A DNA stretch of 64,000 nt from Clostridiaceae bacterium (GTDB taxonomy: Bacteria > Bacillota > Clostridia > Acetivibrionales > DTU013): assembly GCA_012519745.1 (NCBI GenBank), contig JAAYPO010000011.1, positions 21,541-85,540 of the forward strand, written 5' to 3'. The translations under genes were made by a program, and so were the position numbers. Below the pieces are notes generated by a model. The model saw nothing but the letters and a program-made list of their open reading frames with translations, was not told the DNA's origin and did no database searches. Shown here piece by piece: positions 16,801-26,904 of the stretch; position 1 is the stretch's first letter, and each line of letters opens with the position of its first letter.

Positions 16801-19491
16801 ATGGAAAAGCTGATGATAATCGACGGGAACAGTATACTAAACAGGGCATTTTACGGACTACAGGGTGCGCAGCTGATGTCTGCGCCGGATGGACTCCATA
16901 CGAATGCTATATTTGGTTTTCTCAACATATTGAATAAATTCCTCAATGAAGAAGACCCGCAGTACCTTTGTGTAGCCTTCGACATGAAGGCTCCCACATT
17001 CAGACATCTGCAGTTTGCCGACTACAAGGCCACAAGGAAGGGCATGCCGCCGGAACTGGCCGAACAGCTGCCATACATGAAGGATGTCCTTGATGCTATG
17101 AACATAAAGCGCCTTGAAATGGCAGGATTCGAGGCGGATGACATTATCGGCTCTGTTTCAAAATGCGCAGAGGATCAGGGAATGCAGGTAGTGGTGGTGA
17201 CAGGTGACAGGGATTCGATGCAGCTTGCCTCGGAAAACGTGAGAATACTTTTGCCGGTGACAAAGGCTGGCAGGACTGAAACAGAGGAGTATGATTCAGA
17301 AGGCGTATTTGGACGGTATGGGGTGACGCCGCAGCAATTTATCGATGTAAAAGGTCTGATGGGTGACAAGTCCGACAACATACCCGGCGTTCCCGGTATT
17401 GGTGAAAAAACTGCCACTGAGCTTATAAAGACCTTTGGGAGCATCGAGACCATATACGATAATATTGAAAGCGTACAGAAAAAGGGAGTCAGGGAAAAGC
17501 TTGAGGCAAACAGGGAGCTGGCCTTTAAAAGCAAACTCCTTGCAACCATCGACAGGAACATGCCTGCCCTTTGCCGCCTGGAGGAGCTCAAAAGGGGCGA
17601 ATTTGACAAGGACAGGCTGTACAAGCTTTTCAAGAGGCTTGATTTTAAAAGCCTGATAGCTAAGTTTGGCCTTGAAGACCAGGGTACAACTGCTGCTTCA
17701 GCGGCTTCGGTCCCGGAGTTCACTGAAATCAAAGATCCCATTTCCCTTGCAGCTATAGTGCCATCGATATGCAAGGCGGGTGAATTCTCCCTGTTTCATC
17801 TGCTGGACAATGTAAACCAGTTTGAAACAAGGCTGGCAGGTATCGCTCTTTCCTGGGCGGATCAGAATGCATATGTAGCTGTAGGCGATGGTATTAGTCA
17901 GGAGCAGTTCCTGCAGATTTTCACACCGGTTTTGTCCGATGGCGCCGTAAAGAAATATGGCCATGACCTTAAAAGCTTTATCGTATACCTGAAGTGGAAG
18001 GGTGCGGAATTTGCCGGTCTTGGTTTTGATACCATGATCGGAGCATATATTTTGGATCCTTCAAGAGCTACATATACAGTTGCCGAGCTCTCCCAGCTCT
18101 ATCTTGATAAAAGCATCAAATCCATAGATGAATTAAGCGGGAAGGGCAAGAATTTTACACCATTCAGTAATATGCTGTCGGAACATCTTGCTCCTGTAGC
18201 CGTTCAGCACAGCAGGTCAGTAATGGAACTGGCGGGAGCCATCAGTCGGGATATTACAAAGAACGACCAGGAACAACTCTGTTATGAAATAGAGCTGCCC
18301 TTGGTGGAAGTCCTGGCGGATATGGAATACAGAGGAGTCAGAGTCAACAAGGAAGGTCTGGTACAGTTTTCGGCAGCGCTGGATGAGGGGATCAGCGGGA
18401 CTACGGAGCGTATATACGAGGCAGCAGGCGAGGTGTTCAATATCAATTCGCCAAAACAGCTGGGAACGATACTTTTTGAAAAGCTCGGGCTTCCGGTGCT
18501 GAAGAAAACAAAGACAGGCTATTCCACTGATGCGGAGGTCCTGGAGCAGCTGGCTGCTCAAAATGAGATCGTTTCAAGCATACTGGAGTACAGGCAGCTT
18601 GTAAAGCTGAAGTCGACATATGCAGAAGGGCTGCAGCATGTGGTGAACCCTGTGACGGGAAGGATACACTCCAGCTTTAACCAGACCGTAACAGCCACGG
18701 GACGGATAAGCAGCACAGAGCCGAATTTACAGAACATACCGGTGAAGCTGGAAATGGGCAGGGAGATCAGAAAGGTCTTTGTGCCGGAAAATGACGAATA
18801 CCTGTTGTCCGATGCGGACTATTCCCAGATCGAGCTGAGAGTCCTGGCACATATCACCGGGGATGAGAATATGAGGTCGGCCTTCCGAAATAATGAGGAT
18901 ATACACACCGCAACCGCTTCGGGGGTTTTCAGGATCCCTAAGGATCAGGTCACATCGATGATGCGTTCCCGGGCAAAGGCGGTCAATTTCGGCATAGTGT
19001 ACGGTATTGGGGATTTCAGCCTGGCAAAGGATCTGGGCATTACCAGAAAGGAAGCCCGCAAGTACATTGATGATTATCTTGAAAAATACCCCGGAGTCAG
19101 GGAGTATATGCACAATACTGTAGAGAGGGGCAAACGGGAGGGTTTCGTTGAAACGATGTTCAAAAGAAGAAGATACCTCCCCGAGCTCAAATCGTCAAAC
19201 TTCAACATGCGTTCCTTCGGTGAGAGGGTGGCAATGAATATGCCTATACAGGGAAGCGCAGCCGATATCATCAAAATAGCTATGGTAAAGGTATACCGGG
19301 CGCTTGTGGAACGTAAAATGTTATCAAGGCTCATACTTCAGGTCCATGATGAATTGATTATAGAGACTCATCGGAGTGAAAAGGAACAGGTGGAGAAGAT
19401 ACTTCGGGAATGTATGGAAAATGCGGCGGAGCTTGAAGTTCCGCTGATAGCTGAGGTAAAGACAGGATCCAGCTGGTACGAGACAAAATAG
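16801..19491 (+). CDS. polA: DNA polymerase I
   Basis: 896 aa with an N-terminal 5'-3' exonuclease domain (LIIDGNSILNRAFY). It carries Pol A family motifs DYSQIELRVLAH, RSRAKAVNFGIVYG and QVHDELI. Confidence 0.95.
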   Translation: MEKLMIIDGNSILNRAFYGLQGAQLMSAPDGLHTNAIFGFLNILNKFLNEEDPQYLCVAFDMKAPTFRHLQFADYKATRKGMPPELAEQLPYMKDVLDAMNIKRLEMAGFEADDIIGSVSKCAEDQGMQVVVVTGDRDSMQLASENVRILLPVTKAGRTETEEYDSEGVFGRYGVTPQQFIDVKGLMGDKSDNIPGVPGIGEKTATELIKTFGSIETIYDNIESVQKKGVREKLEANRELAFKSKLLATIDRNMPALCRLEELKRGEFDKDRLYKLFKRLDFKSLIAKFGLEDQGTTAASAASVPEFTEIKDPISLAAIVPSICKAGEFSLFHLLDNVNQFETRLAGIALSWADQNAYVAVGDGISQEQFLQIFTPVLSDGAVKKYGHDLKSFIVYLKWKGAEFAGLGFDTMIGAYILDPSRATYTVAELSQLYLDKSIKSIDELSGKGKNFTPFSNMLSEHLAPVAVQHSRSVMELAGAISRDITKNDQEQLCYEIELPLVEVLADMEYRGVRVNKEGLVQFSAALDEGISGTTERIYEAAGEVFNINSPKQLGTILFEKLGLPVLKKTKTGYSTDAEVLEQLAAQNEIVSSILEYRQLVKLKSTYAEGLQHVVNPVTGRIHSSFNQTVTATGRISSTEPNLQNIPVKLEMGREIRKVFVPENDEYLLSDADYSQIELRVLAHITGDENMRSAFRNNEDIHTATASGVFRIPKDQVTSMMRSRAKAVNFGIVYGIGDFSLAKDLGITRKEARKYIDDYLEKYPGVREYMHNTVERGKREGFVETMFKRRRYLPELKSSNFNMRSFGERVAMNMPIQGSAADIIKIAMVKVYRALVERKMLSRLILQVHDELIIETHRSEKEQVEKILRECMENAAELEVPLIAEVKTGSSWYETK

Positions 19492-19512
19492 AGCAGCATT
19501 AAGCTGAGAAGG

Positions 19513-20130
19513 ATGGTAATATTGAAAATAATAGGGGTGACCGGCGGTATAGGCAGCGGTAAAAGTGCAGTATCAGCGATATTGAGGGATCTCGGCGCTG
19601 CCGTTGTCGATGCGGATGTCATTGCAAGGAATGTCACATCAAGCACAGGAAAGGCTTATGACGAACTGGTATGCCATTTCGGCAATGATATTGTTGGTGA
19701 AAATGGGGAAATCGACAGGCAAAAGCTGGCGGACATAGTTTTCAGCGACAAGGCCATGCTCGATGCACTCAACAGTATCACACATAAACACATAGCCGAA
19801 AAGCTTCAGGATACTGTAGAGCTGTTGAAAAGTGCCGGAAAATGGGATGTGATAGTACTGGATGTACCAATTCCCATCGAAAAGGGATTTATCGACCTGG
19901 CCGATGAAATATGGGTCGTCACAGCAGAAAAAGAGACCAGGATAAAACGCGTGATGGAAAGAAGCGGCTATACATATGAGGAAGTAACCGACAGGATGGA
20001 TTCACAGCCCAGAGAGGATGAATACCTCAGGCTGGCCAATGAGATGATCAAAAACGACGGCAGCATAGAAGAGCTGGAACAGGCTGTCGTAAAGCTGTTT
20101 CTCAATAAAAAACAAGAATGGCAGCGATAG
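19513..20130 (+). CDS. coaE: Dephospho-CoA kinase
   Basis: P-loop GVTGGIGSGKS, about 200 aa, conserved polA-coaE linkage. Confidence 0.9.
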   Translation: MVILKIIGVTGGIGSGKSAVSAILRDLGAAVVDADVIARNVTSSTGKAYDELVCHFGNDIVGENGEIDRQKLADIVFSDKAMLDALNSITHKHIAEKLQDTVELLKSAGKWDVIVLDVPIPIEKGFIDLADEIWVVTAEKETRIKRVMERSGYTYEEVTDRMDSQPREDEYLRLANEMIKNDGSIEELEQAVVKLFLNKKQEWQR

Positions 20131-20708
20131 GACGTGTTCATTTGAAAAACAAGAGCAGAGGCAGACTGATTTCATTATTGATAATATCAGCGATACTTCT
20201 ATTGGCAGTGTTTACTCTATGCAATGGGGCCAGGTGGCTGTACCCATTGAAGTATGAGGGACTTGTGCAGGAGTATTCGCAAAAGTATGGTCTGGATCCC
20301 TTCCTCGTACTGGCTGTGATAAAGGCAGAGAGCAGCTTCAGACATAATGCAGTTTCACATAAAAATGCCAGGGGACTTATGCAGATTACAGAGGGCACGG
20401 GGAAATGGGGCGCCGATAAGCTGGGATTGAAAGAGTTTTCAGCAGAAAGGCTTTTTGAACCCGAAGTGAATATCCATATCGGATGCTGGTATCTTTCTGC
20501 TCTGTACAGCCAGTTCGGTGATACCGACCTTGTTCTTGCAGCCTATAATGCCGGCAGCGGGAATGTGACAAGGTGGCTTGGTGATGATGAACTAAGCGCT
20601 GATGGGAAGAGCCTTGACAGGATTCCCTTTAAAGAGACAGAGAACTACATCAGACGAGTGAAGAACAGTTATGCAATATATAAAAGGCTTTACGAAAATA
20701 CATTTTAA
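20118..20708 (+). CDS. Membrane-anchored lytic transglycosylase (SLT domain)
   Basis: N-terminal TM segment and SLT motifs ESSF...ARGLMQI...AAYNAG. The start is uncertain (ATG 20118 or TTG 20142). Confidence 0.8.
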   Translation: MAAIGRVHLKNKSRGRLISLLIISAILLLAVFTLCNGARWLYPLKYEGLVQEYSQKYGLDPFLVLAVIKAESSFRHNAVSHKNARGLMQITEGTGKWGADKLGLKEFSAERLFEPEVNIHIGCWYLSALYSQFGDTDLVLAAYNAGSGNVTRWLGDDELSADGKSLDRIPFKETENYIRRVKNSYAIYKRLYENTF

Positions 20709-20753
20709 TGTTATTTTATAGTATGTAAGCAACTATAACTTGGAGGACTTGGC

Positions 20754-21089
20754 ATGATAAACGATGTACTATTCGAGAAAGATATGCTTTATCCGACGGA
20801 CAACAGTATTGAACCAGGCTGTATACATATCAGGGTGCTGAGTCCGGACAGCGGGAACAAGCTGCCGGTACTGATCGAGGACAAGTCGAACCATTCTCCC
20901 ATGCATCATATCGATTCAATAATACGGTTGATGCAAACCGACATTTTTGACAGGATACTTGTTGATGTCAAGAAAAATGTCGATATATACATCAAGGCAG
21001 ACAACATGGCGGTAGAACAGGGGAAAGTCAAATATCATAAAGTGTTGCTCACTGGTGATAAGATAATGAGTGAAGTTGTTGAACTTTGA
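20754..21089 (+). CDS. Hypothetical protein (111 aa)
   Basis: Good RBS (GGAGGA) and coding-like composition. No motif recognised. Confidence 0.5.
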   Translation: MINDVLFEKDMLYPTDNSIEPGCIHIRVLSPDSGNKLPVLIEDKSNHSPMHHIDSIIRLMQTDIFDRILVDVKKNVDIYIKADNMAVEQGKVKYHKVLLTGDKIMSEVVEL

Positions 21090-21136
21090 CTATAGGTTTA
21101 TACAACAGATGAATCTTGTAGCAAGGTGTTGGTATT

Positions 21137-22267
21137 TTGGATGAAAGACCTTCAGGGCTGGATATTAAAAGAGCCCTAAAAAGCAACTGCTCCGGTAGTC
21201 AGAATATTATCATAATGCTTGTTTACAGATGGCTGGTCTTTCTGTTCTCAGCCATTTTGTGCATCACAGGCGGAGGCTTCGGGATACAGGGCTATGCGAT
21301 CCTGGAGTCACTGGCTGTAGTTGCGGTCTACAATGGAGCCGTAACGGCATATTGCCTCAATAACGGGAAAAGATACGCCAGCGCTATCGTGTACGTCGAT
21401 TTCATCGCATTGATGCTTGTCATTTTTTTCTCAGGAGGCATCAGATCCGAACTGTATATTTTCTTCTTTCTGCTGCTGGGTCTATACGGAATAAACAATG
21501 ATACGTCAAGTACTTTTAAACTAACGAGTTTTTTAGCCGTTTTCTACACTGTAGTATGTTTTTTAGCAAATAAGTTCAATTCAGCAGGGATCCTATATTT
21601 TACACTCATTATCAGAGTGTTGTTGTTCTTTATGGCCAGCTTCGCAATAACCAGGATAAGCTGCAGGGTCAGAAAATATGATGAGCTGAGGAAGAAGGAG
21701 TTTAAGCTTGCCCGTACCGACAAGCTCACAGGTCTGGCCAACCGCCACTATCTTGACCAGAAGGTGGCAGAGGAGGCTGAATATGCCAGCAGCTTCAGCA
21801 CGGTACTCAACGTGCTCATCTTCGATCTGGATAATTTCAAGGGATTCAATGACACTTACGGACATATTTCCGGAGACAAGCTGCTCAAACTGTTTTCAGA
21901 TATTATTATGCAATGCATCAGAAGATCCGATATTCCTGTGCGGTATGGCGGAGAGGAGTTTATGATACTGATCCGGGACATGGATATAATCATTGCAAAA
22001 AGCGTCGGTGACAGGATAAGGCGGCGTCTTGAAAAGCAAAACATACATCTCGGACACCAGTTTGAAAGCCAAAAGGTGACGGTCAGCTGTGGTATAGCAC
22101 AATTCCCCACCCATTCAAAAAACATCAGACAGGTGATCGAAATGGCAGACAAGGCTCTGTACCATGCAAAGGAGATCGGTAAAAACATAGTGGTGTGCTA
22201 TGATGAGATCGACAAATCCAGAGAGGAAATATTAAAGGAAACAGCCTCGGCAACTATCCGCCGTTAG
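21137..22267 (+). CDS. Membrane-bound diguanylate cyclase (GGDEF domain)
   Basis: About 5 N-terminal TM helices, an active-site GGEEF, and an RxxD I-site (RRSD) five residues upstream of it. Confidence 0.85.
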   Translation: MDERPSGLDIKRALKSNCSGSQNIIIMLVYRWLVFLFSAILCITGGGFGIQGYAILESLAVVAVYNGAVTAYCLNNGKRYASAIVYVDFIALMLVIFFSGGIRSELYIFFFLLLGLYGINNDTSSTFKLTSFLAVFYTVVCFLANKFNSAGILYFTLIIRVLLFFMASFAITRISCRVRKYDELRKKEFKLARTDKLTGLANRHYLDQKVAEEAEYASSFSTVLNVLIFDLDNFKGFNDTYGHISGDKLLKLFSDIIMQCIRRSDIPVRYGGEEFMILIRDMDIIIAKSVGDRIRRRLEKQNIHLGHQFESQKVTVSCGIAQFPTHSKNIRQVIEMADKALYHAKEIGKNIVVCYDEIDKSREEILKETASATIRR

Positions 22268-22378
22268 TAGGACCGGTGGGAAGCCTCCACATTTCGATAC
22301 ATTTCCATACAGCCTTTAATACTTCACTCAATGATGCAGGTGCCATGTTGTCCGTCAATATGGGCAGGTACGGAGGCG

Positions 22379-23401
22379 TCATCTTGCCCCCATACTTCTT
22401 CCTACTGCTTCTGCCACAGGTCTGAATTCATCCATCAGCTGTGCGAATTTTCCGGGCCTGAGGGATTGAGGACCGTCGCTCAGAGCGTTTGGAGGGTCTA
22501 TGTGTACTTCTATGATCAATCCGTCAGCTCCTGCAGCTATTGCGCCTTTGGACAATGCGCCTACATATTTCCAGCTGCCTGCGGCATGACTGGGGTCGAC
22601 TATTATGGGGAGGTGTGAAAGCTCTTTGATAACAGGTATGGCACTGATATCGATGGTATTCCTGGTGGAGGTCTCGTATGTCCTGATGCCTCTTTCACAT
22701 AGTATGATATCCTCATTTCCTGCCGCCATGATGTACTCTGCTGCCATCAGCCACTCTTCGATGGTGGCGGCAAGCCCTCTTTTCAGCAATACCGGCTTGC
22801 TGGTAAGGCCCACCTCATGGAGCAGTCTGAAATTCTGCATATTTCTGGCACCGATCTGTATCATGTCCACATAGGAAGCAACCATTTCCACATCCCTTGT
22901 GTCAACCACCTCAGTAACGATCTTCATTCCGGTGGCCTCACGTGCTCTTGCCATTATTTTGAGACCTTCCTCTTCAAGGCCCTGGAAGGAATATGGTGAG
23001 GAGCGGGGCTTGAAGGCGCCGCCTCTGAGTATGGAGGCCCCTGCTTCCCGGACCTTTTTAGCTGTTTCGATAAAGGATTCTTCACTTTCGATGGCACAAG
23101 GTCCTGCGATCACCGTGATTTCAGGGCCGCCGATCCTGACGCCCCCTATATCGGCTACGGTCGGTTCATGCCTGAGCTCCCGGCCTGCGAGCTTGAAGGG
23201 CTTCATGATGGGAACCAGACTTTCCACACCGGGCATGGTGGAGATATTGACGGTATTGAGTGCTCGCTTGTCGCCGATGGCTCCTATAACAGTTTTCACC
23301 TCTCCTGTTATGGGATGCGTTTTAAAGCCAAGATCAGTTAGCTTCCTTTCAACATTGTCAATTTCCTGTTTTGTTGCGTTCTTGCTCATTACAATAATCA
23401 T
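22379..23401 (-). CDS. aroF: 3-deoxy-7-phosphoheptulonate (DAHP) synthase, type I-beta, with N-terminal ferredoxin-like regulatory domain
   Basis: Core motifs VIAGPCAIES, LRGGAFKPRSSPYSFQG and DPSH. An ~70-aa N-terminal extension resembles the Thermotoga-type regulatory domain. The ATG at 23401 (MIIVMSK) lies 9 nt after GGAGG; the track ORF extends spuriously to 23503. Confidence 0.88.
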   Translation of the reverse strand: MIIVMSKNATKQEIDNVERKLTDLGFKTHPITGEVKTVIGAIGDKRALNTVNISTMPGVESLVPIMKPFKLAGRELRHEPTVADIGGVRIGGPEITVIAGPCAIESEESFIETAKKVREAGASILRGGAFKPRSSPYSFQGLEEEGLKIMARAREATGMKIVTEVVDTRDVEMVASYVDMIQIGARNMQNFRLLHEVGLTSKPVLLKRGLAATIEEWLMAAEYIMAAGNEDIILCERGIRTYETSTRNTIDISAIPVIKELSHLPIIVDPSHAAGSWKYVGALSKGAIAAGADGLIIEVHIDPPNALSDGPQSLRPGKFAQLMDEFRPVAEAVGRSMGAR

Positions 23402-23439
23402 GATCCATATCCTCCCCTGCACGTTGTTGACAAATATTT

Positions 23440-23730
23440 CCCAAACAAAAAACTCTTCATCTGCTATGAGACGAAGAGCTGTTCTCTGCGCGGTACCACT
23501 CAAATTGGTCGATAGACCCCCTTAATAACGTACAATCATACGTTTTTCCATGTAACGGCGGATCCCGGCACAGCCTACTTGAATGATTCAGCCTGCGGCT
23601 CAAAGGGGAACTTCGATCCGGATACCCCACCGGGCTTCCACCATCCCCGGCTCGCTGTCCGCGTCGTAATGACGCACGAGTATTACCTGATTTACTTTCC
23701 CTTTTCATTGCCTTTGTTTGTAATAAATTT
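23440..23730 (-). promoter_or_regulatory. T-box riboswitch leader controlling the DAHP synthase gene
   Basis: The minus strand reads AATTTGAGTGGTACCGCG (T-box sequence, plus-strand 23488-23507). It is followed by the terminator CTCTTCgtctcatagcagatGAAGAG plus T6. Upstream elements are a GA/K-turn base (AATGA...TTTGAGC), an AGTA specifier-loop element, an AGCGAG bulge and a GGTGGAA distal loop. An F-box (CCGTTA) and Stem III (AACGTA/TACGTT) are also present. Confidence 0.85.
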
Positions 23731-23735
23731 ATTCT

Positions 23736-23764
23736 ATGTTACCATGGGTGTGTTTACATGTCAA
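23736..23764 (-). promoter_or_regulatory. Candidate sigma-A promoter for the T-box leader
   Basis: The minus strand reads TTGACA-N17-TAACAT. Confidence 0.45.
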
Positions 23765-23850
23765 GAATGTATTTATGTAGCATTTTGTCGAAGCTTTATG
23801 ATATAATAGCAATCGAGGAGTGTTACCACATCACTTTCGGAGGTGTGTTT

Positions 23851-24297
23851 ATGAGCGAGCTGCAGGTAGTCATTTTTGACCTTAAGGGCCAGTTGTTCGG
23901 AGCAGAAACATCACAGGTATTCCAGATCATAAAATACAGTGTGCCTGAGAAGATGCCCAAAATACCAAAATTCATTGAGGGTATAATCAGCTACAGGGAT
24001 ACGGTACTTCCGGTGATAAACCTGGCAAAAAGGTTTGAAATGGGTGAGACGGCGGTTACTAAAAAAACAAAGATACTTGTGACCAGGATCGATGATAAGT
24101 ATGCAGGCTTCATCGTCAGTGATGTGACAGAGATCGCCAGATTTGCAGAGGAGGATGTAAGCGTGACTCCGCCTGTAATGAACAGGGAGACGGAAGCTTA
24201 TATGAAGAAAGTAGGCAGAAAAGGCGACAAGCTCATATCGATAGTCGATTTGCATCGGATTCTCACCGAAGCTGAAATAAAAAAGCTTTCAGTATGA
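23851..24297 (+). CDS. cheW: CheW-like chemotaxis coupling protein (stand-alone)
   Basis: 148-aa single CheW domain (VVIFDLKGQLFGAETSQV...VLPVINLAKRF...GFIVSDVTEI). ATG at 23851 after GGAGGTG. Confidence 0.8.
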   Translation: MSELQVVIFDLKGQLFGAETSQVFQIIKYSVPEKMPKIPKFIEGIISYRDTVLPVINLAKRFEMGETAVTKKTKILVTRIDDKYAGFIVSDVTEIARFAEEDVSVTPPVMNRETEAYMKKVGRKGDKLISIVDLHRILTEAEIKKLSV

Positions 24298-24312
24298 CTG
24301 AAAGCTTTTTTT
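24279..24312. terminator. Bidirectional terminator between cheW and ychF
   Basis: AAAAGCTTTCAG tatga CTGAAAGCTTTT, with A/T runs on both sides. Confidence 0.7.
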
Positions 24313-24321
24313 GTACATGTA

Positions 24322-25413
24322 TTACACATTGAATCTGAATAGAGTCACATCTCCATCCTGCATTACATATTCCTTTCCTTCGGACCGAACCAGTCCCTTT
24401 TCACGTGCCGCTTGATACGAGCCGCATCTGATAAGGTCGTCGTATGCTACTATTTCAGCGCGGATAAAACCCTTCTCAAAGTCGCTGTGGATCTTGCCTG
24501 CCGCCTGTGGAGCCTTCGTGCCCTTTATGATGGTCCAGGCCCTTACTTCAGGCTGTCCTGCGGTAAGAAAGCTCATAAGGCCCAAGAGCTTGTAACCGGC
24601 CTTTATTAGTCTGTTCAGACCTGATTCCTCAAGTCCCAGCTCATCCAGGAACAGCAACCTTTCTTCATCCTCCAGCTGAGCAATTTCTTCCTCGATCTTT
24701 GCACATATGACGAGGACTTCAGAGCCCTCTTCGCCGGCAAGCTGCATCAGCTCATCGACAAAACGGTTATCTGTGCCCTGAATATTTTCCTCTGAGACAT
24801 TGGCAGCGTACAATACCGGCTTTGAAGTGAGCAGGAACAGCTGATCGACCATTGCCGTCTCATCATCTGTAAATGGCATGGACCGTACAGGAGTGCCGTT
24901 CTCCAGACCTGTTTTTATGCGCTCGTAAAGCTCGATCTCAGACATGTATTTTTTATCACCTGATTTCATCATCTTGCGGGTCTTGTCCAGGCGCTTTTCC
25001 AGCATTTCCAGATCTGCAAATATGAGCTCCAGATTGATGGTCTCAATATCCCTTGCGGGACCTATTGACCCGTCGACATGTACAATATTGCTGTCTTCAA
25101 AGCAACGGACCACATGAACTATTGCATCTACCTCACGGATGTGAGATAGAAATTTGTTGCCAAGGCCCTCGCCCTTGCTGGCCCCCCTGACAAGACCTGC
25201 TATATCGACAAACTCCACTGTTGCGGGAGTAACCTTTAGAGGCTCATACATTTCGGCCAGCTTGTCGAGCCTTTCATCAGGTACAGGTACTATGCCTACA
25301 TTGGGTTCTATTGTACAAAACGGGTAATTTGCGATATCAGCCCCCGCTTTAGTGATGGCATTGAAAAGTGTGCTTTTGCCCACATTTGGCAGTCCGACTA
25401 TACCAAGCTTCAT
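24322..25413 (-). CDS. ychF: Ribosome-binding ATPase YchF
   Basis: MKLGIVGLPNVGKSTLFNAIT P-loop, 363 aa, C-terminal TGS-like domain. Confidence 0.93.
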   Translation of the reverse strand: MKLGIVGLPNVGKSTLFNAITKAGADIANYPFCTIEPNVGIVPVPDERLDKLAEMYEPLKVTPATVEFVDIAGLVRGASKGEGLGNKFLSHIREVDAIVHVVRCFEDSNIVHVDGSIGPARDIETINLELIFADLEMLEKRLDKTRKMMKSGDKKYMSEIELYERIKTGLENGTPVRSMPFTDDETAMVDQLFLLTSKPVLYAANVSEENIQGTDNRFVDELMQLAGEEGSEVLVICAKIEEEIAQLEDEERLLFLDELGLEESGLNRLIKAGYKLLGLMSFLTAGQPEVRAWTIIKGTKAPQAAGKIHSDFEKGFIRAEIVAYDDLIRCGSYQAAREKGLVRSEGKEYVMQDGDVTLFRFNV

Positions 25414-25649
25414 TTAATTGACCTTCTTTCTTGTCTTATGCAGAATTTAAGCTAAAACAATGCTTATTATATATTATTAGCTTTTGCATTACAACCATCT
25501 GAGATATTTATATGTTTCTCCATACTTTTCATAGGCGAAAAAAGTATAGAAAAATAGAGAAAAGTATTGAAATTTCTGTTTTATTGCTTCATTATTAGTA
25601 ATAGTGCTTTAAGCAACTAAAATTTTCATTTGCAGAAAGGGATGTTGAC

Positions 25650-25988
25650 ATGTTCGGGAAGAAAAAAGCTGCTGCAAACCGTTATATAATTGCAGTAAAG
25701 AATTACAATGAAACCGTTGAGAATCTCAAGAATGAGACATTAACACTGCCGTATGAAAGGGAAATATATCTGAAGATGATCGAGAGCCAGAGCTCCAGGG
25801 CCGATAGTCTGAAGGAAATAAGGAAGTTTGCCAGGGCAAACGGCAAATCCTACAGTGAAGTCAGCCACTATTGGGAAGGGCTTATAGTTGACGGCTATAC
25901 GCTGATAAATGTTGAATATGTGGAGAAAATACCAGCTCTTGATCATGTATGCAACAATGCAACTATAAAGTTTGTCTGTGGAGCCTGA
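25650..25988 (+). CDS. Hypothetical protein (112 aa)
   Basis: ORF with an AAAGGGATG-type RBS and a terminator downstream. No motif recognised. Confidence 0.45.
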   Translation: MFGKKKAAANRYIIAVKNYNETVENLKNETLTLPYEREIYLKMIESQSSRADSLKEIRKFARANGKSYSEVSHYWEGLIVDGYTLINVEYVEKIPALDHVCNNATIKFVCGA

Positions 25989-26022
25989 TCAGTACATAAC
26001 CAGCTAAGAGGATCAAGAAAAC

Positions 26023-26066
26023 AAATCGGCATTGCTGAAGGATAACAGAAATGCCGATTTATTTTG
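26023..26066 (+). terminator. Rho-independent terminator
   Basis: AAATCGGCAT / ATGCCGATTT 10-bp stem, long loop, T-rich tail. Confidence 0.55.
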
Positions 26067-26217
26067 CCCTAAAAGGCTTATAACCAGTCTTTTTTGGACA
26101 ATTGTTTTCATATTGTTAACATTTTTATTATTGTTGCCGGATATTCTAAAATGGTATCATTAAGGTAAGAACTATGGACTGCTGTACAATAATCAAATGG
26201 AATGAGGGATATGTATT

Positions 26218-26904
26218 ATGAATGGCAAGACCAGAGTGCTGGTAGTCGATGACGATATAAATATCTGCGAACTGGTCCGGCTTTACCTTGAAAAGGATGG
26301 CTATGAAGTGCTGACAGTGTATAACGGCAGAGCAGGACTCGATACCTTTGGAGAATCAGCGCCCCACATAGTCATCCTTGACATTATGCTGCCCGGGATC
26401 GACGGCTGGCAGGTATGCAGAGAAATCAGGAAGATCAGCAATATCCCCATCATAATGCTCACTGCAAAGGGAGAGACTTTTGACAAGGTCCTCGGTCTTG
26501 AGCTGGGAGCGGATGACTATATGGTCAAGCCCTTTGAGCCAAAGGAGCTGGTTGCCAGAGTAAAGGCCGTGCTGCGGAGGTATGAGCACAGGGATTTTGA
26601 TGTACGGGAGATCGTTTTTCCAAACCTGGTCATTAACAAGACGACATATGTTGTCAAGTTGAACGGGAAGGATCTGGAACTTCCTCCAAAGGAGCTTGAA
26701 CTGTTGTTTTTTCTGGCCTCCAATCCTAACAAGGTATTTACCAGAGAACAGCTGCTGGAGCATGTGTGGGGGTTTGACTTTTATGGCGACAGCCGGACTG
26801 TGGATGTCCATATAAAAAGACTGAGGGAGAAAATAGACATCCCTGACCAGGTATGGCAGCTGAAAACAGTGTGGGGAGTAGGTTACAAATTCGAGGTAAA
26901 ATAA
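26218..26904 (+). CDS. OmpR/PhoB-family response regulator
   Basis: Receiver domain (VLVVDDD...ILDIMLPGIDG...MLTAKG) plus a winged-helix output domain (TVWGVGYKF). Confidence 0.92.
   Translation: MNGKTRVLVVDDDINICELVRLYLEKDGYEVLTVYNGRAGLDTFGESAPHIVILDIMLPGIDGWQVCREIRKISNIPIIMLTAKGETFDKVLGLELGADDYMVKPFEPKELVARVKAVLRRYEHRDFDVREIVFPNLVINKTTYVVKLNGKDLELPPKELELLFFLASNPNKVFTREQLLEHVWGFDFYGDSRTVDVHIKRLREKIDIPDQVWQLKTVWGVGYKFEVK

Noticed and set aside
22899-23525. 208-aa plus-strand ORF, plus 22331-22618 and 22605-22874.
   Set aside because: They lie antisense to the DAHP synthase gene, have Ser/Pro-rich low-complexity translations and carry no start context.
23457-23708. 83-aa minus-strand ORF upstream of the DAHP synthase.
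   Set aside because: It coincides exactly with the T-box leader RNA, and conserved RNA elements explain the sequence.
26174-26221. 15-codon upstream ORF (MDCCTIIKWNEGYVL) overlapping the response-regulator start.
   Set aside because: It is too short, has a weak RBS and lacks supporting features, so it is indistinguishable from chance.
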